A DNA stretch of 64,000 nt from Alphaproteobacteria bacterium. GTDB lineage: Bacteria > Pseudomonadota > Alphaproteobacteria > SP197. Position 1 is the first letter of the stretch. Every line of letters starts with the position of its first letter. The translations under genes and the position numbers were made by a program. This document shows positions 31,915-41,845 of this stretch, piece by piece. Below the pieces are notes generated by a model that made no database searches, had not been told where the DNA came from, and saw only the letters and a list, made by a program, of their open reading frames with translations. The stretch covers positions 48,492 through 112,491 of the forward strand of contig CBDCEA010000004.1 in NCBI GenBank assembly GCA_965215635.1, given 5' to 3'.

Positions 31915-32775
31915 ATGCTGAAGGTCGTACACATCGCCCGCAATGCCTCCCAGCGCTTTGCGCTGCCCTTCTTCGTCCTCTCCGCCGTCGCGTTCATCCT
32001 CATGAGCCGGGCCGAGCATCCCTGGCTCGCCGATGCCCGGACACGAACCCTCGATGTTCTTGCACCCGTCATCGATGTGGCATCGCAGCCAGTATCCGCA
32101 GTCAATGCGGCGGTGGAGACGATCGAGGGCTGGTTCGATGTCGTGGTCGAGAACGAACGCCTGCGCATCGAGAACGATCGCCTGCTGCACTGGCAGGCGA
32201 CGGCACGCCAGCTTGCGGCGGAAAACCGCGAGTTCCGGGAACTGTTGTCGAGTGTGGCGGAAGCCCGCTCGACCTTCGTCACGGCGAGGATCGTCGGTCT
32301 TTCCAGCGGGACATTCGTGAGGACGGCGGTTCTCAACACCGGCACCCGGCAAGGTGTCAGGGTGGGCCAGGCGGTAGTCGCGGCACATGGCCTTGTCGGG
32401 AGGATCGTGGAGGCAGCGAACAACAGCAGCCGGGTCCTGCTTCTCACCGACCTCAACAGCAGGATACCGGTGGTCATCGAATCGAGCCGGAAGCCGGCCA
32501 TCGTCGGCGGTGACAACTCGGGGATCCTCTCGTTGATGTTCACCGAGAGGGCGAGTGATGTCGCACCCGGAGAGCGGCTGGTGACCTCGGGTGAGGGGGG
32601 CATGCTGCCGCCCGGGATTCCGGTCGGTGTCGTCACGGCCCCCCAGGACGGAGTCTGGCAGGTCACGCCGTTCGTCGACCCTGCCCGGATCGAACATGTG
32701 CGCGTCCTCGACTATGCGCTGCCGAGCCCCATCCAGCAGACGCGCCAAGCGGATATGCTGGAGCCCCTGTGGTGA
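31915..32775 (+). CDS. mreC: Rod shape-determining protein MreC
   Basis: N-terminal TM, coiled-coil ENERLRIENDRL, beta-rich C-terminus. Position after mreB. Confidence 0.8.
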   Translation: MLKVVHIARNASQRFALPFFVLSAVAFILMSRAEHPWLADARTRTLDVLAPVIDVASQPVSAVNAAVETIEGWFDVVVENERLRIENDRLLHWQATARQLAAENREFRELLSSVAEARSTFVTARIVGLSSGTFVRTAVLNTGTRQGVRVGQAVVAAHGLVGRIVEAANNSSRVLLLTDLNSRIPVVIESSRKPAIVGGDNSGILSLMFTERASDVAPGERLVTSGEGGMLPPGIPVGVVTAPQDGVWQVTPFVDPARIEHVRVLDYALPSPIQQTRQADMLEPLW

Positions 32776-33308
32776 TCGACAACTGGACCGGAAATCTGAA
32801 GCGCCAGACGGCATCGCTGATCCCGCTGGTCTCCGGCATCGTTCTCGTTCTCCTGACCTCCACGCCGCTCTATTTCGGCCATGTCGGCGATGTCGCACCG
32901 CGCCTTGCGGTCACCGCCGTGATCTTCTGGACGGTGTACCGGCCCGATCTCTTCGGTTACGGCTCCGCCTTCGTTCTCGGTCTCGCCGCCGAACTCATTG
33001 CAGGATTGCCGCTCGGTATCACGGCGCTGGTTCTGGTCATCGTTCGGCACGGCGTCCTCTCCCGGCGCCGCTACTTTCTCCGCAAATCGTTCCATGTTGT
33101 CTGGGCGGAGTACGCCCTGGTGGTCGTCGCGGCGGTCGCCATCGACTGGATGCTGGGATCGCTCTATCTGTGGACGGTTCCCGGTGTCGTACCCCACATT
33201 ATCCAGGTCTTGTTGACAGTGGTGATGTTCCCGGCCGTCTACTGGCTGCTCGCCCGCTGTCAGGGTCTCGTTTTCTTGGCCGGTCCGGAGGTCGCCGGGG
33301 CAAGCTGA
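32769..33308 (+). CDS. mreD: Rod shape-determining protein MreD
   Basis: 179-aa polytopic membrane protein overlapping the mreC stop. GTG start. Confidence 0.7.
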   Translation: MVIDNWTGNLKRQTASLIPLVSGIVLVLLTSTPLYFGHVGDVAPRLAVTAVIFWTVYRPDLFGYGSAFVLGLAAELIAGLPLGITALVLVIVRHGVLSRRRYFLRKSFHVVWAEYALVVVAAVAIDWMLGSLYLWTVPGVVPHIIQVLLTVVMFPAVYWLLARCQGLVFLAGPEVAGAS

Positions 33309-33309
33309 C

Positions 33310-35169
33310 ATGCGCGAGGACTTCGAGCAACGCACCCTGGTGAGCCGGCGCGCACTTTTCCTGTTGGGCATGAAGGGGCTTCTGGTTGCCGGCATTGCGG
33401 GAAGGCTCTACGAGGTCCAGGTTCTCGACGCGTCACGCTACCAGCGGCTTTCCGACGACAACCGCATCAACATCCGCCCCCTGCTTCCCCGGCGCGGTGC
33501 AATCGTGGATCGGTTCGGCGAGGGCGTGGCGATCAACCGGCGCACCTACCAGCTGAACATGATCTCCGAGCAGACCGGCGATGTCGCCGAAACTCTCACG
33601 CGGATCGCCTCGCTCATCGAGCTGGACGACAGGCATGTTGCCCAGGTTCTGCGCAAGTCGAGAATTCAGGAAGGTTTCATCCCTGTCACCGTGCGCGAGA
33701 ATCTCTCGTGGCGGGAAGTCGCGAGAATCGAGGTCAACCTCCCGATGTTGCCGGGAATCCTGATCGAGACGGTCCAGCACCGCCACTATCCCTATGCCGA
33801 GCTGGTGGCCCACGTCACCGGCTATGTCGGCGAAGTGTCCCAGAGCGAGCTCGAAGGCGACAAGGTTCTGCGTTTCCCGGGATTCCGCACGGGCAAAACC
33901 GGAATCGAAAAGGTGTACGAACAGCAGTTGAGGGGAACGCCAGGCACCCGCCAGGTCGAGGTCAACGCCGTGGGCCGCGTCATTCGGGAGATCGACCGCC
34001 GAAAGGATGAACCGGGTTCGGACATCAGGCTCACGATCGACATGGCGCTCCAGGCGTTCGCGGCCCGCAGGGTGGCCGGACAGATGAGTTCCGTGGTCGT
34101 CCTCGACGCCACCAACGGCGATGTGCTCTCCCTGGTCTCGGCGCCGAGTTTCGATCCCAACGTGTTCAATTTCGGTCTGACGGCAGACGTCTGGCAGACC
34201 ATGCTGAACGATTCCAGGGCTCCGCTTCTCAACAAGCCTGTTGCCGGCCAGTATCCGCCCGGCTCCACCTTCAAGATGATCGTTGCCCTCGCTGCCCTGG
34301 AAGCCGGGGAGATCGACCCGGAGACCACGTTTTACTGTCCCGGATACTTCACGCTGGGCGAACGCACATTCCGGTGCTGGCGGCACTGGGGCCACGGCAA
34401 AGTTCGTCTGATCGAGGCACTGAAGGTCTCGTGCGATGTCTACTTCTACAATATCGCGCACCTGGTTGGCGTCGACCGGATCGCGGCCATGAGCCGGCGC
34501 TTCGGGCTGGGCGAAAGAACCGGAATCGAGCTCACCGGTGAACGCGGGGGCCTCGTTCCGACCAAGGCGTGGAAACGCGCCGTGTACGACCAGCCGTGGT
34601 ACGGAGGCGATACGCTCAATGTCGGCATCGGACAGGGCGACGTCCTGACGACACCCTTGCAGCTTGCGGTGATGACGGCCCGGATCGCAAACGGCCATGT
34701 CCTGGTGACGCCTCGGCTGGTGCGTTCTGCAACAGGCGAGGACATTCCCCGGTTCGCGCCCCTTGACGTCGACCACGGCCATCTCGCAGCGGTGCGCGGC
34801 GGCATGGTCGAGGTAGTCAACAATCCCGAGGCGGGCACGGCGTTTTCTGCCAGAATCACGGACGAGGGTATGGAAATGGCGGGCAAGACAGGAACCTCCC
34901 AGGTGCGCCGCCTCAGAAAGGAGGAGCGCGAGGGGCTTCTCGAGCAGAAGGATCTGCCCTGGGACGAGCGCGACCATGGACTGTTCGTCGCCTTCGCGCC
35001 GCTGGAAGAGCCCAGATACGTCTGCGCCGCCATCGTCGATCACGGCGGTTCCGGATCGTCCTCGGCGGCACCCGTCGTGCGCGATGTTCTGCGCGAGGCC
35101 CAGAGGCGCCAGTCGGCAAGGTGGATCACCAAGGCACCGGAATCCGCGGATCCGGGAAGGGATGCGTGA
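33310..35169 (+). CDS. mrdA: Penicillin-binding protein 2 (elongasome transpeptidase)
   Basis: PBP dimerisation plus transpeptidase domains (STFK, SCD, KTGT-like KTGTS). Follows mreD. Confidence 0.85.
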   Translation: MREDFEQRTLVSRRALFLLGMKGLLVAGIAGRLYEVQVLDASRYQRLSDDNRINIRPLLPRRGAIVDRFGEGVAINRRTYQLNMISEQTGDVAETLTRIASLIELDDRHVAQVLRKSRIQEGFIPVTVRENLSWREVARIEVNLPMLPGILIETVQHRHYPYAELVAHVTGYVGEVSQSELEGDKVLRFPGFRTGKTGIEKVYEQQLRGTPGTRQVEVNAVGRVIREIDRRKDEPGSDIRLTIDMALQAFAARRVAGQMSSVVVLDATNGDVLSLVSAPSFDPNVFNFGLTADVWQTMLNDSRAPLLNKPVAGQYPPGSTFKMIVALAALEAGEIDPETTFYCPGYFTLGERTFRCWRHWGHGKVRLIEALKVSCDVYFYNIAHLVGVDRIAAMSRRFGLGERTGIELTGERGGLVPTKAWKRAVYDQPWYGGDTLNVGIGQGDVLTTPLQLAVMTARIANGHVLVTPRLVRSATGEDIPRFAPLDVDHGHLAAVRGGMVEVVNNPEAGTAFSARITDEGMEMAGKTGTSQVRRLRKEEREGLLEQKDLPWDERDHGLFVAFAPLEEPRYVCAAIVDHGGSGSSSAAPVVRDVLREAQRRQSARWITKAPESADPGRDA

Positions 35170-36335
35170 CCGTGGCACTGCCGTCGGATCGCTTCACTAC
35201 GGGAACGCGCATCGCGGGCCGCAAGCTCGTCGACATAACCTGGGGCCTTCTCTTCCTGCTGGCGGCGACTGCCGGGCTCGGGTTCCTGACGCTCTATTCG
35301 GCAGCCGGCGGAGATCTCAGGCCCTGGGCGCTGCCGCAGATGATGCGTTTCGGTGCCGGGCTTCTCCTTTTCCTTGCCATCGCCATGGTGGATATCCGCC
35401 ACATCCACCGTTTTGCCTATGTAATCTACGCGGTGGTGCTGGCCATGCTCGTGGCCATCGAGATCCTCAGCATCAACGAAACGGGGGTGCAACGCTGGAT
35501 CCACATTACGCTTCCGGGCGTGCAATTCCAGTTTCAGCCGTCCGAACTGATGAAGTTCGCCGTCGTCCTGGCTCTCGCGCGCTACTTTCACGGACTGGCG
35601 CTCAATGTCGCCCGCAGATGGACCAGCTTGCCGGTTCCGCTGATCCTCATCGCCCTGCCGTCGGTCCTGGTGGTCCGCCAGCCCGATCTCGGCACCGGTC
35701 TCCTGATGGCGGCCGGAGGCATTGTGCTGATGTTTCTTGCCGGAGTGCGCAAGCGCTGGTTCCTTGGCGGTTTCGCGTCGGCACTGGGGATGGCGCCGGT
35801 GGTCTGGTATGCGCTGCTGCCCTACCAGAGGGACCGCGTGATGGCGTTCCTCAGCCCCAGTCGCGATCCCCTGGGCACCGGCTACCACATCCAGCAGTCG
35901 AAGATCGCGCTTGGATCGGGCGGCGTCTGGGGCAAGGGGTTCCTCAAAGGCACCCAGAGTCAGCTCAATTTTCTCCCCGAGAAGCACACCGACTTCATTT
36001 TCACCATGCTTGCCGAGGAATGGGGCCTCGTCGGCGCGCTGGGCCTGATCATTCTCTATTGTTTCATCGTGCTCTACGGTGTCGGTATCGCCATGAGAAG
36101 CGGCAGCCAGTTCGGCAGGCTTCTGGCACTCGGGATCATCTCGGCCTTCTTTCTCTATGTCGTCGCCAACATCGCCATGGTGACCGGGCTCATTCCCATT
36201 GTCGGCGTCCCGCTCCCCTTCATTTCCTTCGGAGGCACAGCCATGATCACCCTCATGATGGCCTTCGGCATTCTCGCCAGCGTCTACGTCCACCGTGACA
36301 CCGAGGTCCCCAGACACACCGTCGGCCTGATCTGA
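35166..36335 (+). CDS. rodA: Peptidoglycan glycosyltransferase RodA (SEDS family)
   Basis: SEDS-family polytopic protein. Start taken at the GTG overlapping the mrdA stop. Confidence 0.8.
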   Translation: MTVALPSDRFTTGTRIAGRKLVDITWGLLFLLAATAGLGFLTLYSAAGGDLRPWALPQMMRFGAGLLLFLAIAMVDIRHIHRFAYVIYAVVLAMLVAIEILSINETGVQRWIHITLPGVQFQFQPSELMKFAVVLALARYFHGLALNVARRWTSLPVPLILIALPSVLVVRQPDLGTGLLMAAGGIVLMFLAGVRKRWFLGGFASALGMAPVVWYALLPYQRDRVMAFLSPSRDPLGTGYHIQQSKIALGSGGVWGKGFLKGTQSQLNFLPEKHTDFIFTMLAEEWGLVGALGLIILYCFIVLYGVGIAMRSGSQFGRLLALGIISAFFLYVVANIAMVTGLIPIVGVPLPFISFGGTAMITLMMAFGILASVYVHRDTEVPRHTVGLI

Positions 36336-36904
36336 CCCGGCCGGCAACAACATCCTCGATACATTCGGCAGCGATTGCGCCGGTGGTGCCGCGCGCCCGG
36401 ACTACGGAGCCCAGCCGCCTGAAGTGAACCTGCCCCTTGGATCACGTCACCTCCGGCGTCGAACCGATGGACCACCCGATCGAGGGAACGGGTATCGCCA
36501 TGCTTGTTTCTCTCCCTGACCGCCAATGCCAGGAGATCGGAAATCCGGATGAGACGCGACGCCGCCGAGTCAATGAACAGCGGCACCTCGGCAAGATTGC
36601 CAGGGTTCCCCCATCGCGTTCCCTCTTGCCAACATTCCCAGGCGAGTCTCTGGTGGGATTCGTCGCGATGGGACGTGCCCATCACGGCAACCCGGCGGTG
36701 CTGTTCACTGTTTCTGTTCCGGAGCCGGGAGGGGAACAGATCGAATCGCCTGTAAATTTCCTCGAAGGCACGCGTGACCGGGTTGTCGGGGAAGACGAGC
36801 CCCCTCGTCCACGACAATTGCGAATGCCCTGGTGCTTCCCTGCGCGCTGCCGGGAAGACCCTGTCCGGCCTAACCTGTCCTTGTCGAATACACCGGGAAC
36901 GCAA
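36284..36904 (-). CDS. Possible small hypothetical ORF antisense to a plus-strand ORF; weak
   Basis: The minus frame has higher GC3 than the overlapping plus-strand ORF 36437-37060 and a protein-like stretch VAVMGTSHRDESHQRLAWECWQEG..., but no recognisable family. The C-terminus overlaps rodA. Confidence 0.15.
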   Translation of the reverse strand: MRSRCIRQGQVRPDRVFPAARREAPGHSQLSWTRGLVFPDNPVTRAFEEIYRRFDLFPSRLRNRNSEQHRRVAVMGTSHRDESHQRLAWECWQEGTRWGNPGNLAEVPLFIDSAASRLIRISDLLALAVRERNKHGDTRSLDRVVHRFDAGGDVIQGAGSLQAAGLRSPGARHHRRNRCRMYRGCCCRPGQIRPTVCLGTSVSRWT

Positions 36905-37119
36905 CCGACCCGCTCAGGATCGCAGGAACGTACGCCGACGGTAACGCAGGTCAGTTTTCGGTCATGGGGTGGTCGGCCAGCCGGAAATCGGATTCCATCG
37001 GAGTTGCGATGCAGGCTCCGGACGGGGCACGCTTCCATCCGGAGGGCGGGTTGCGCGTGAGAGTTCTGGCAACTACCTTCGCCACTGACAACCGACCATC
37101 CCAACCCCCGGGGGACACC

Positions 37120-38133
37120 ATGATCACGAAACGGATCCTTTCCACGCTTGCCGCGGGCCTTGCTGCCGTCACCGTGGTTGCCGCGGGGCCGGCGACTGCC
37201 CAGGACACCGATTATGTTCTCAACACGGCGTCGACCGGCGGGACCTACCACCCGGTGGGCACCGCGATCGCGACGCTAACCAAGGTCAAGCTCCTGCCCA
37301 AAGAGAAGTTCAGCCTGACAGCCGTCAATTCGGCGGGCTCCGGAGCCAATGTCCAGGCACTCGGCGCCAACACGGCCCAGTTCGCGATCATCCAGGGGCT
37401 GTTCGGCTCCTACGCCGCGACCGGCACCGGCCCGGTCTCGTCGCCGCAGGAGAACATGCGCTCGATCACGATGCTTTGGCAGAATGTCGAGCAGTTCGTC
37501 ATCGCCAACGAGCATGTCCAGTCCGGCACGGTGTCCGACATCATCGCCATGAAGGGCATGGCGATGGCGCTGGGCAAGCAGAATTCAGGCACGATCGGCT
37601 CCAACCGTGTCCTTCTGGAAGGCCTCGGTCTCGATATCGACAGTGACTTCGAGCTTTACCAAGCCGGCTACGGGCCTTCGGCCGACGCGCTTGCCAACGG
37701 TCAGGTCGCCGGAATAGGTGCACCCGCAGGCCCGCCCACCGGTGCCGTCACGAAGCTCATGGCGGCCAACAGCGATCGCTTCACGATTCTTGAAGTGACG
37801 CCCGAAGAGGCCGGGATGATGGATGGCGGACGCAACCTGTGGGTTCCCTACACGATTGCCGCAGGAACCTACCCGGGCCAGGCCGAGGACATCCTCACCA
37901 TCGCCCAGCCCAATTTCCTGGCGGTCAACGCGGATGTCGACGAGAACCATGTCTATCTCCTGACCCGGACGATCTACGAGAACCTGCCGTTTCTCCGGGC
38001 CATTCATCCGGCCACCAATGCGATGGACATCTCGCTCGCCATGGCGGGCCTGCCGCTGTCGCTGCATCCGGGTGCCGCCCGCTACTATGAGGAGATCGGC
38101 ATGGAGATTCCCGATCACCTGACGGCGCAGTAG
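37120..38133 (+). CDS. TRAP transporter solute receptor, TAXI family
   Basis: Signal peptide. TAXI-type motifs GGTYHPVGTAIA and HPGAARYYEE. Confidence 0.8.
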   Translation: MITKRILSTLAAGLAAVTVVAAGPATAQDTDYVLNTASTGGTYHPVGTAIATLTKVKLLPKEKFSLTAVNSAGSGANVQALGANTAQFAIIQGLFGSYAATGTGPVSSPQENMRSITMLWQNVEQFVIANEHVQSGTVSDIIAMKGMAMALGKQNSGTIGSNRVLLEGLGLDIDSDFELYQAGYGPSADALANGQVAGIGAPAGPPTGAVTKLMAANSDRFTILEVTPEEAGMMDGGRNLWVPYTIAAGTYPGQAEDILTIAQPNFLAVNADVDENHVYLLTRTIYENLPFLRAIHPATNAMDISLAMAGLPLSLHPGAARYYEEIGMEIPDHLTAQ

Positions 38134-38205
38134 GCGCGTTTCCTCATGACCGGAAGGTGTCCGCTGACAAGGCCACCTTCCGGACCCCTGGACTGAGCGT
38201 TACCG

Positions 38206-40329
38206 ATGACGCAAGCGCCCGAAGGGCTGCGTTCGGCGATCACGGATTTCGATGCGACGCTGGCACATCCCGGTCGTTACGGGCCACTGGGGTTCGGCGT
38301 CATCGCGTTCGGCGCCTGGCATGTCGCTACCAACCTCATCCTGAACGAATCGGGTCTGTGGCAGAACGCGATCCATTTCGCGGGTTTCGCGTTTCTCGGA
38401 TTCGTCACCAATGCGACATGGCACCGCCATCGGGACCGTCCCTGGTCGATCGCGCTCGACATCGCCCTCGGGTTGGCCGCGGCACTCTCGGCCCTGTGGA
38501 TCGCATCGGCCGAAACGGGCATCTATGACCGCACGCTGGCTGTGACCGGACTGGCGTGGCAGTTTACGTTCCTGGACTGGGCGGCAGGCATCGTCGTCAT
38601 CGTCGCGGCCGTCGAACTCACCCGCCGGATGACGGGATGGATCATCCCGGCCCTGGTTCTGCTCTCCCTGGGCTACATCCTGTTCCTGGGCGAAATGCTG
38701 CCCGGTGTCTTCCGCGCAGCGAGCCTTCCGGTGAGCGATGTCCTGTTCCGCTCGCTCTACAACGACGAGGGCATGTTCGGGACCATCACCACCATCTCCT
38801 CGGCCAACATCACGCTCTTCATGATCTTCGGCGGCTTCCTGATCGTCTCGGGCGCTTCCGACTTCGTGATCGAACTCGCCAAGATCGTCGCCGGCCGGTT
38901 CAGGGGAGGGGCCGCCTTCGTTGCGGTGATCGCTTCGGCGCTCACCGGGACCATATCGGGCTCGGCGGTGGCCAATACGGCGTCCACCGGGATCATCACC
39001 ATACCGTTGATGCAGGCCAACGGGTTCCGGCCGCAGTTCGCCGCAGGAGTCGAGGCGTCGGCGTCGACGGGTGGTCAGGTGATGCCTCCGATCATGGGTG
39101 CCGGCGCGTTCGTGATGGTCTCGTTCACGGGAATACCCTACGGCACCATCGTGCTGGTCTCGATCGTCCCGGCGATCCTCTATTTTCTCTCCGTTGCGTT
39201 CGTGATCCGTATCGAGGCCATGAAACACGGCATCGGTATCAGGGAGGTCACGGCCGTCGATCGTTCGAAACTCTGGGGAGGTGCGCTGAATTTCGTCCTG
39301 CCGCTGGGCGTCATGACGTGGCTCCTCGTGACCGGAAGGACACCGAGTTTTGCGGTCTGCGCGGCGATCGCGACACTCATCGCGGTGAGCTGGGCGACGC
39401 CCAACCGGATGGGACCGATGCGCATCTCCCGGGCCCTGATGCTGGGCATCAGGACGTCGATCATGACCGCGGTCCTGCTCGTCACCGTGGGCCTCATCAA
39501 CAATGCCGTCACCACGTCCGGCCTGGCGAACGGCTTTGCCCTGATGATCGCCCAGTGGTCCCAGGGCTCGGTGCTGACTGCGGTCGCCCTGATCGCGATC
39601 GTCTCTCTGGTGCTGGGCATGGGACTGCCGGTGACGGCCGCCTACATCGTTCTCTCGATCCTCTCCGCACCGGCGCTCGCCGGCCTGCTCGCGGACGGCA
39701 TCCTTGTCGACATGCTGGTCAACGGGCTCGCGGACCCTGCCCAGGAGGCGCTCTTCGCCCTGGTGAATTCGCCGCATGCGGCCCATGTCGGTGAAGGTCT
39801 CTCCCGGGCCGATGCCCGTGACCTCGTCGGCAATCTGCCGTTCGAGCTCGCGCTGGTGATCCGCCCGGCGCTGATTGAACCGGCGACCATGACGCTCTTC
39901 CTGCTCACCGCACATCTCATCGTCTTCTGGCTGAGCCAGGATTCCAACGTCACGCCACCGGTCTGCCTGGCGGCCTTCACGGCGGCGGGCATCGCGGGAA
40001 CGAGGCCCATGGCAACGGGTGTCGAGGCCTGGAAAATCGCCAAGGGCCTTTACATCGTCGTCCTCATCTTCGCCTTCACGCCGCTCATCGGATCGGGGAT
40101 CGTGGAGAGTCTCCAGATCGGCATCGCGTCGCTCTTCGGTATCTACGCCGTCAATGCGCTGATCCAGCGCTACAGTGAGGGCCCGATCGCCCTGTGGCTC
40201 TATCCCCTCTTCGCTACAGGCGCCGCACTCTCCTTCGTGCCGCTCGATCTTCCCCTCAATGTCGCCGGCGCGGGTCTCGTCGTCGCAGGCATCGTCATCA
40301 CGGCCCGCAGACAGGCGTCCGGACGATGA
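38206..40329 (+). CDS. TRAP transporter fused 4TM/12TM permease (TAXI-associated)
   Basis: 707-aa polytopic protein. DctM-like core with an N-terminal extension. Confidence 0.8.
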   Translation: MTQAPEGLRSAITDFDATLAHPGRYGPLGFGVIAFGAWHVATNLILNESGLWQNAIHFAGFAFLGFVTNATWHRHRDRPWSIALDIALGLAAALSALWIASAETGIYDRTLAVTGLAWQFTFLDWAAGIVVIVAAVELTRRMTGWIIPALVLLSLGYILFLGEMLPGVFRAASLPVSDVLFRSLYNDEGMFGTITTISSANITLFMIFGGFLIVSGASDFVIELAKIVAGRFRGGAAFVAVIASALTGTISGSAVANTASTGIITIPLMQANGFRPQFAAGVEASASTGGQVMPPIMGAGAFVMVSFTGIPYGTIVLVSIVPAILYFLSVAFVIRIEAMKHGIGIREVTAVDRSKLWGGALNFVLPLGVMTWLLVTGRTPSFAVCAAIATLIAVSWATPNRMGPMRISRALMLGIRTSIMTAVLLVTVGLINNAVTTSGLANGFALMIAQWSQGSVLTAVALIAIVSLVLGMGLPVTAAYIVLSILSAPALAGLLADGILVDMLVNGLADPAQEALFALVNSPHAAHVGEGLSRADARDLVGNLPFELALVIRPALIEPATMTLFLLTAHLIVFWLSQDSNVTPPVCLAAFTAAGIAGTRPMATGVEAWKIAKGLYIVVLIFAFTPLIGSGIVESLQIGIASLFGIYAVNALIQRYSEGPIALWLYPLFATGAALSFVPLDLPLNVAGAGLVVAGIVITARRQASGR

Positions 40330-40344
40330 CAGAGGAGGCGGAGG

Positions 40345-40420
<76 letters not shown>

Positions 40421-40751
40421 ATCCGTCCCGGCGAGCCTATAGCAGGAGCCGAATGCCCTGTCGAGACGCAGAAGCAGCCCTGGAGGTGCCGGTTTCCTGC
40501 GGACATCATGACCGGCGAGGGCATCCGGGCCGGATCCTCACAAGCCTCTTGCCCCGATAACACGTCAGTCGATCCGGTCCGCTCTTTATTCCCTGCGGCC
40601 ACGGCTCCCGGGGTATCAGTCAGGTCAACATGAATGGTTCTTGGGTGGCGTACGGACGATGGAGCCGGGGGGTTCGGGCTTCACTGATTCGAGGTCGACA
40701 CGTTGAAGGGGTGAAAAGCCCATGCAATCAGGCGTAAAGGACAATAAGTTG

Positions 40752-41841
40752 ATGCGGGACGAGATGCCACGAACGCGAGGAATGACGGTCCGCAGCTTGC
40801 GCTGGACGGCCGCTGGTACACAGATCCCGAAGTCTTTGGGCGGGAACAGGAGCTGATCCTCGGGCGAACCTGGCAACTGGTCTGTCATGTGTCGGAACTG
40901 GAAAGGCCCGGGGACTATGTCGCGCGGAAGGTGGGTCGCACCGCACTCTTCGTTGTCCGCGACCGGTCAGGCCGGATCCGGGGCTGACACAATGTCTGCC
41001 GGCACCGCGCCCACGAGCTCCTTTCGGGCAAGGGCAACCGGGTGTTCATCACCTGCCCCTGCCACGGCTGGACCTATGACCTCGACGGCACGCCGAAGCG
41101 CACACCGGGGAGCGAGAACCTTCCAGGATTCGACTGCCAGGCGATCCACCTTTCAGAAGTGCGCCTCGAGACCATCTGCGGATTCGTCTTCGTCAATCCC
41201 GATCCGGACGCGTTACCGACGTCGAGCTGGTATCCCGGTGTCGAAGAGGAACTGCGCGCCTTCGTGCCCGATATCGACGACCTGAAACCGGCCGAGGACG
41301 TGGCCGTCGAGGAGGCCTGCAACTGGAAGGTCTCGGTGGAGAACTACAGCGAGTGCCACCACTGCAAGCTGCGCCACCCGACGTTTTCCACCGGCGTGAT
41401 CGATCCCGAAAGCTACGACATTAGCCCTCAGGGTCATCGCCTGCGGCACACGACGCGCGCCGCCGTCATCGGGCGCATGACCTATGCCATCGACGGTTCG
41501 GACACCACGGCATCGCCGTACAGTTCATGGTACCTGTGGCCGAGTGTCTCGTTCCAGGTCTATCCCGGACGTGTCCTCAACACCTAATCATTGGCGTGCG
41601 AGGGACCGCCGTCGGGTTACGGTGAGGCGGGGCTGGTATTCCCGGAGCGAAAAGTGCTCCGAGGCGCTCTCGAGGCTTATCCGGCAGGATCACGAGACCA
41701 CCGTGGCGGAGGACATCAGCCTCGTGGAATCGGTGCAGCGCTGTCTCGAAAGCGGTGCCTGCGAACCGGGTCCGCTCGTCATCAATCCCCGGGGCGGCGT
41801 TCCATGGCTGGGTGCGCAAGTCCCTCGGCGAGACAGCCTGA
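40752..41841 (+). pseudogene. Rieske [2Fe-2S] aromatic-ring/QAC-type oxygenase alpha subunit (GbcA/CntA-like), disrupted by at least four frameshifts
   Basis: Pieces in three frames: MRDEMPRTRGM.. / LDGRWYTDPEVFGREQELILGRTWQLVCHVSELERPGDYVARKVGRTALFVVRDRSGRIRG / HNVCRHRAHELLSGKGNRVFITCPCHGWTYD...NWKVSVENYSECHHCKLRHP... / ...AEDISLVESVQRCLESGACEPGPLVINPRGG / AAFHGWVRKSLGETA-stop. Confidence 0.6.
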
Positions 41842-41845
41842 AAAT

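Noticed and set aside
36437-37060. 207-aa plus-strand ORF between rodA and the TAXI receptor gene
   Set aside because: Poor GC3 bias and no recognisable motifs. It overlaps an equally uncertain minus-strand ORF. Left unannotated except for a low-confidence note on the minus-strand alternative.
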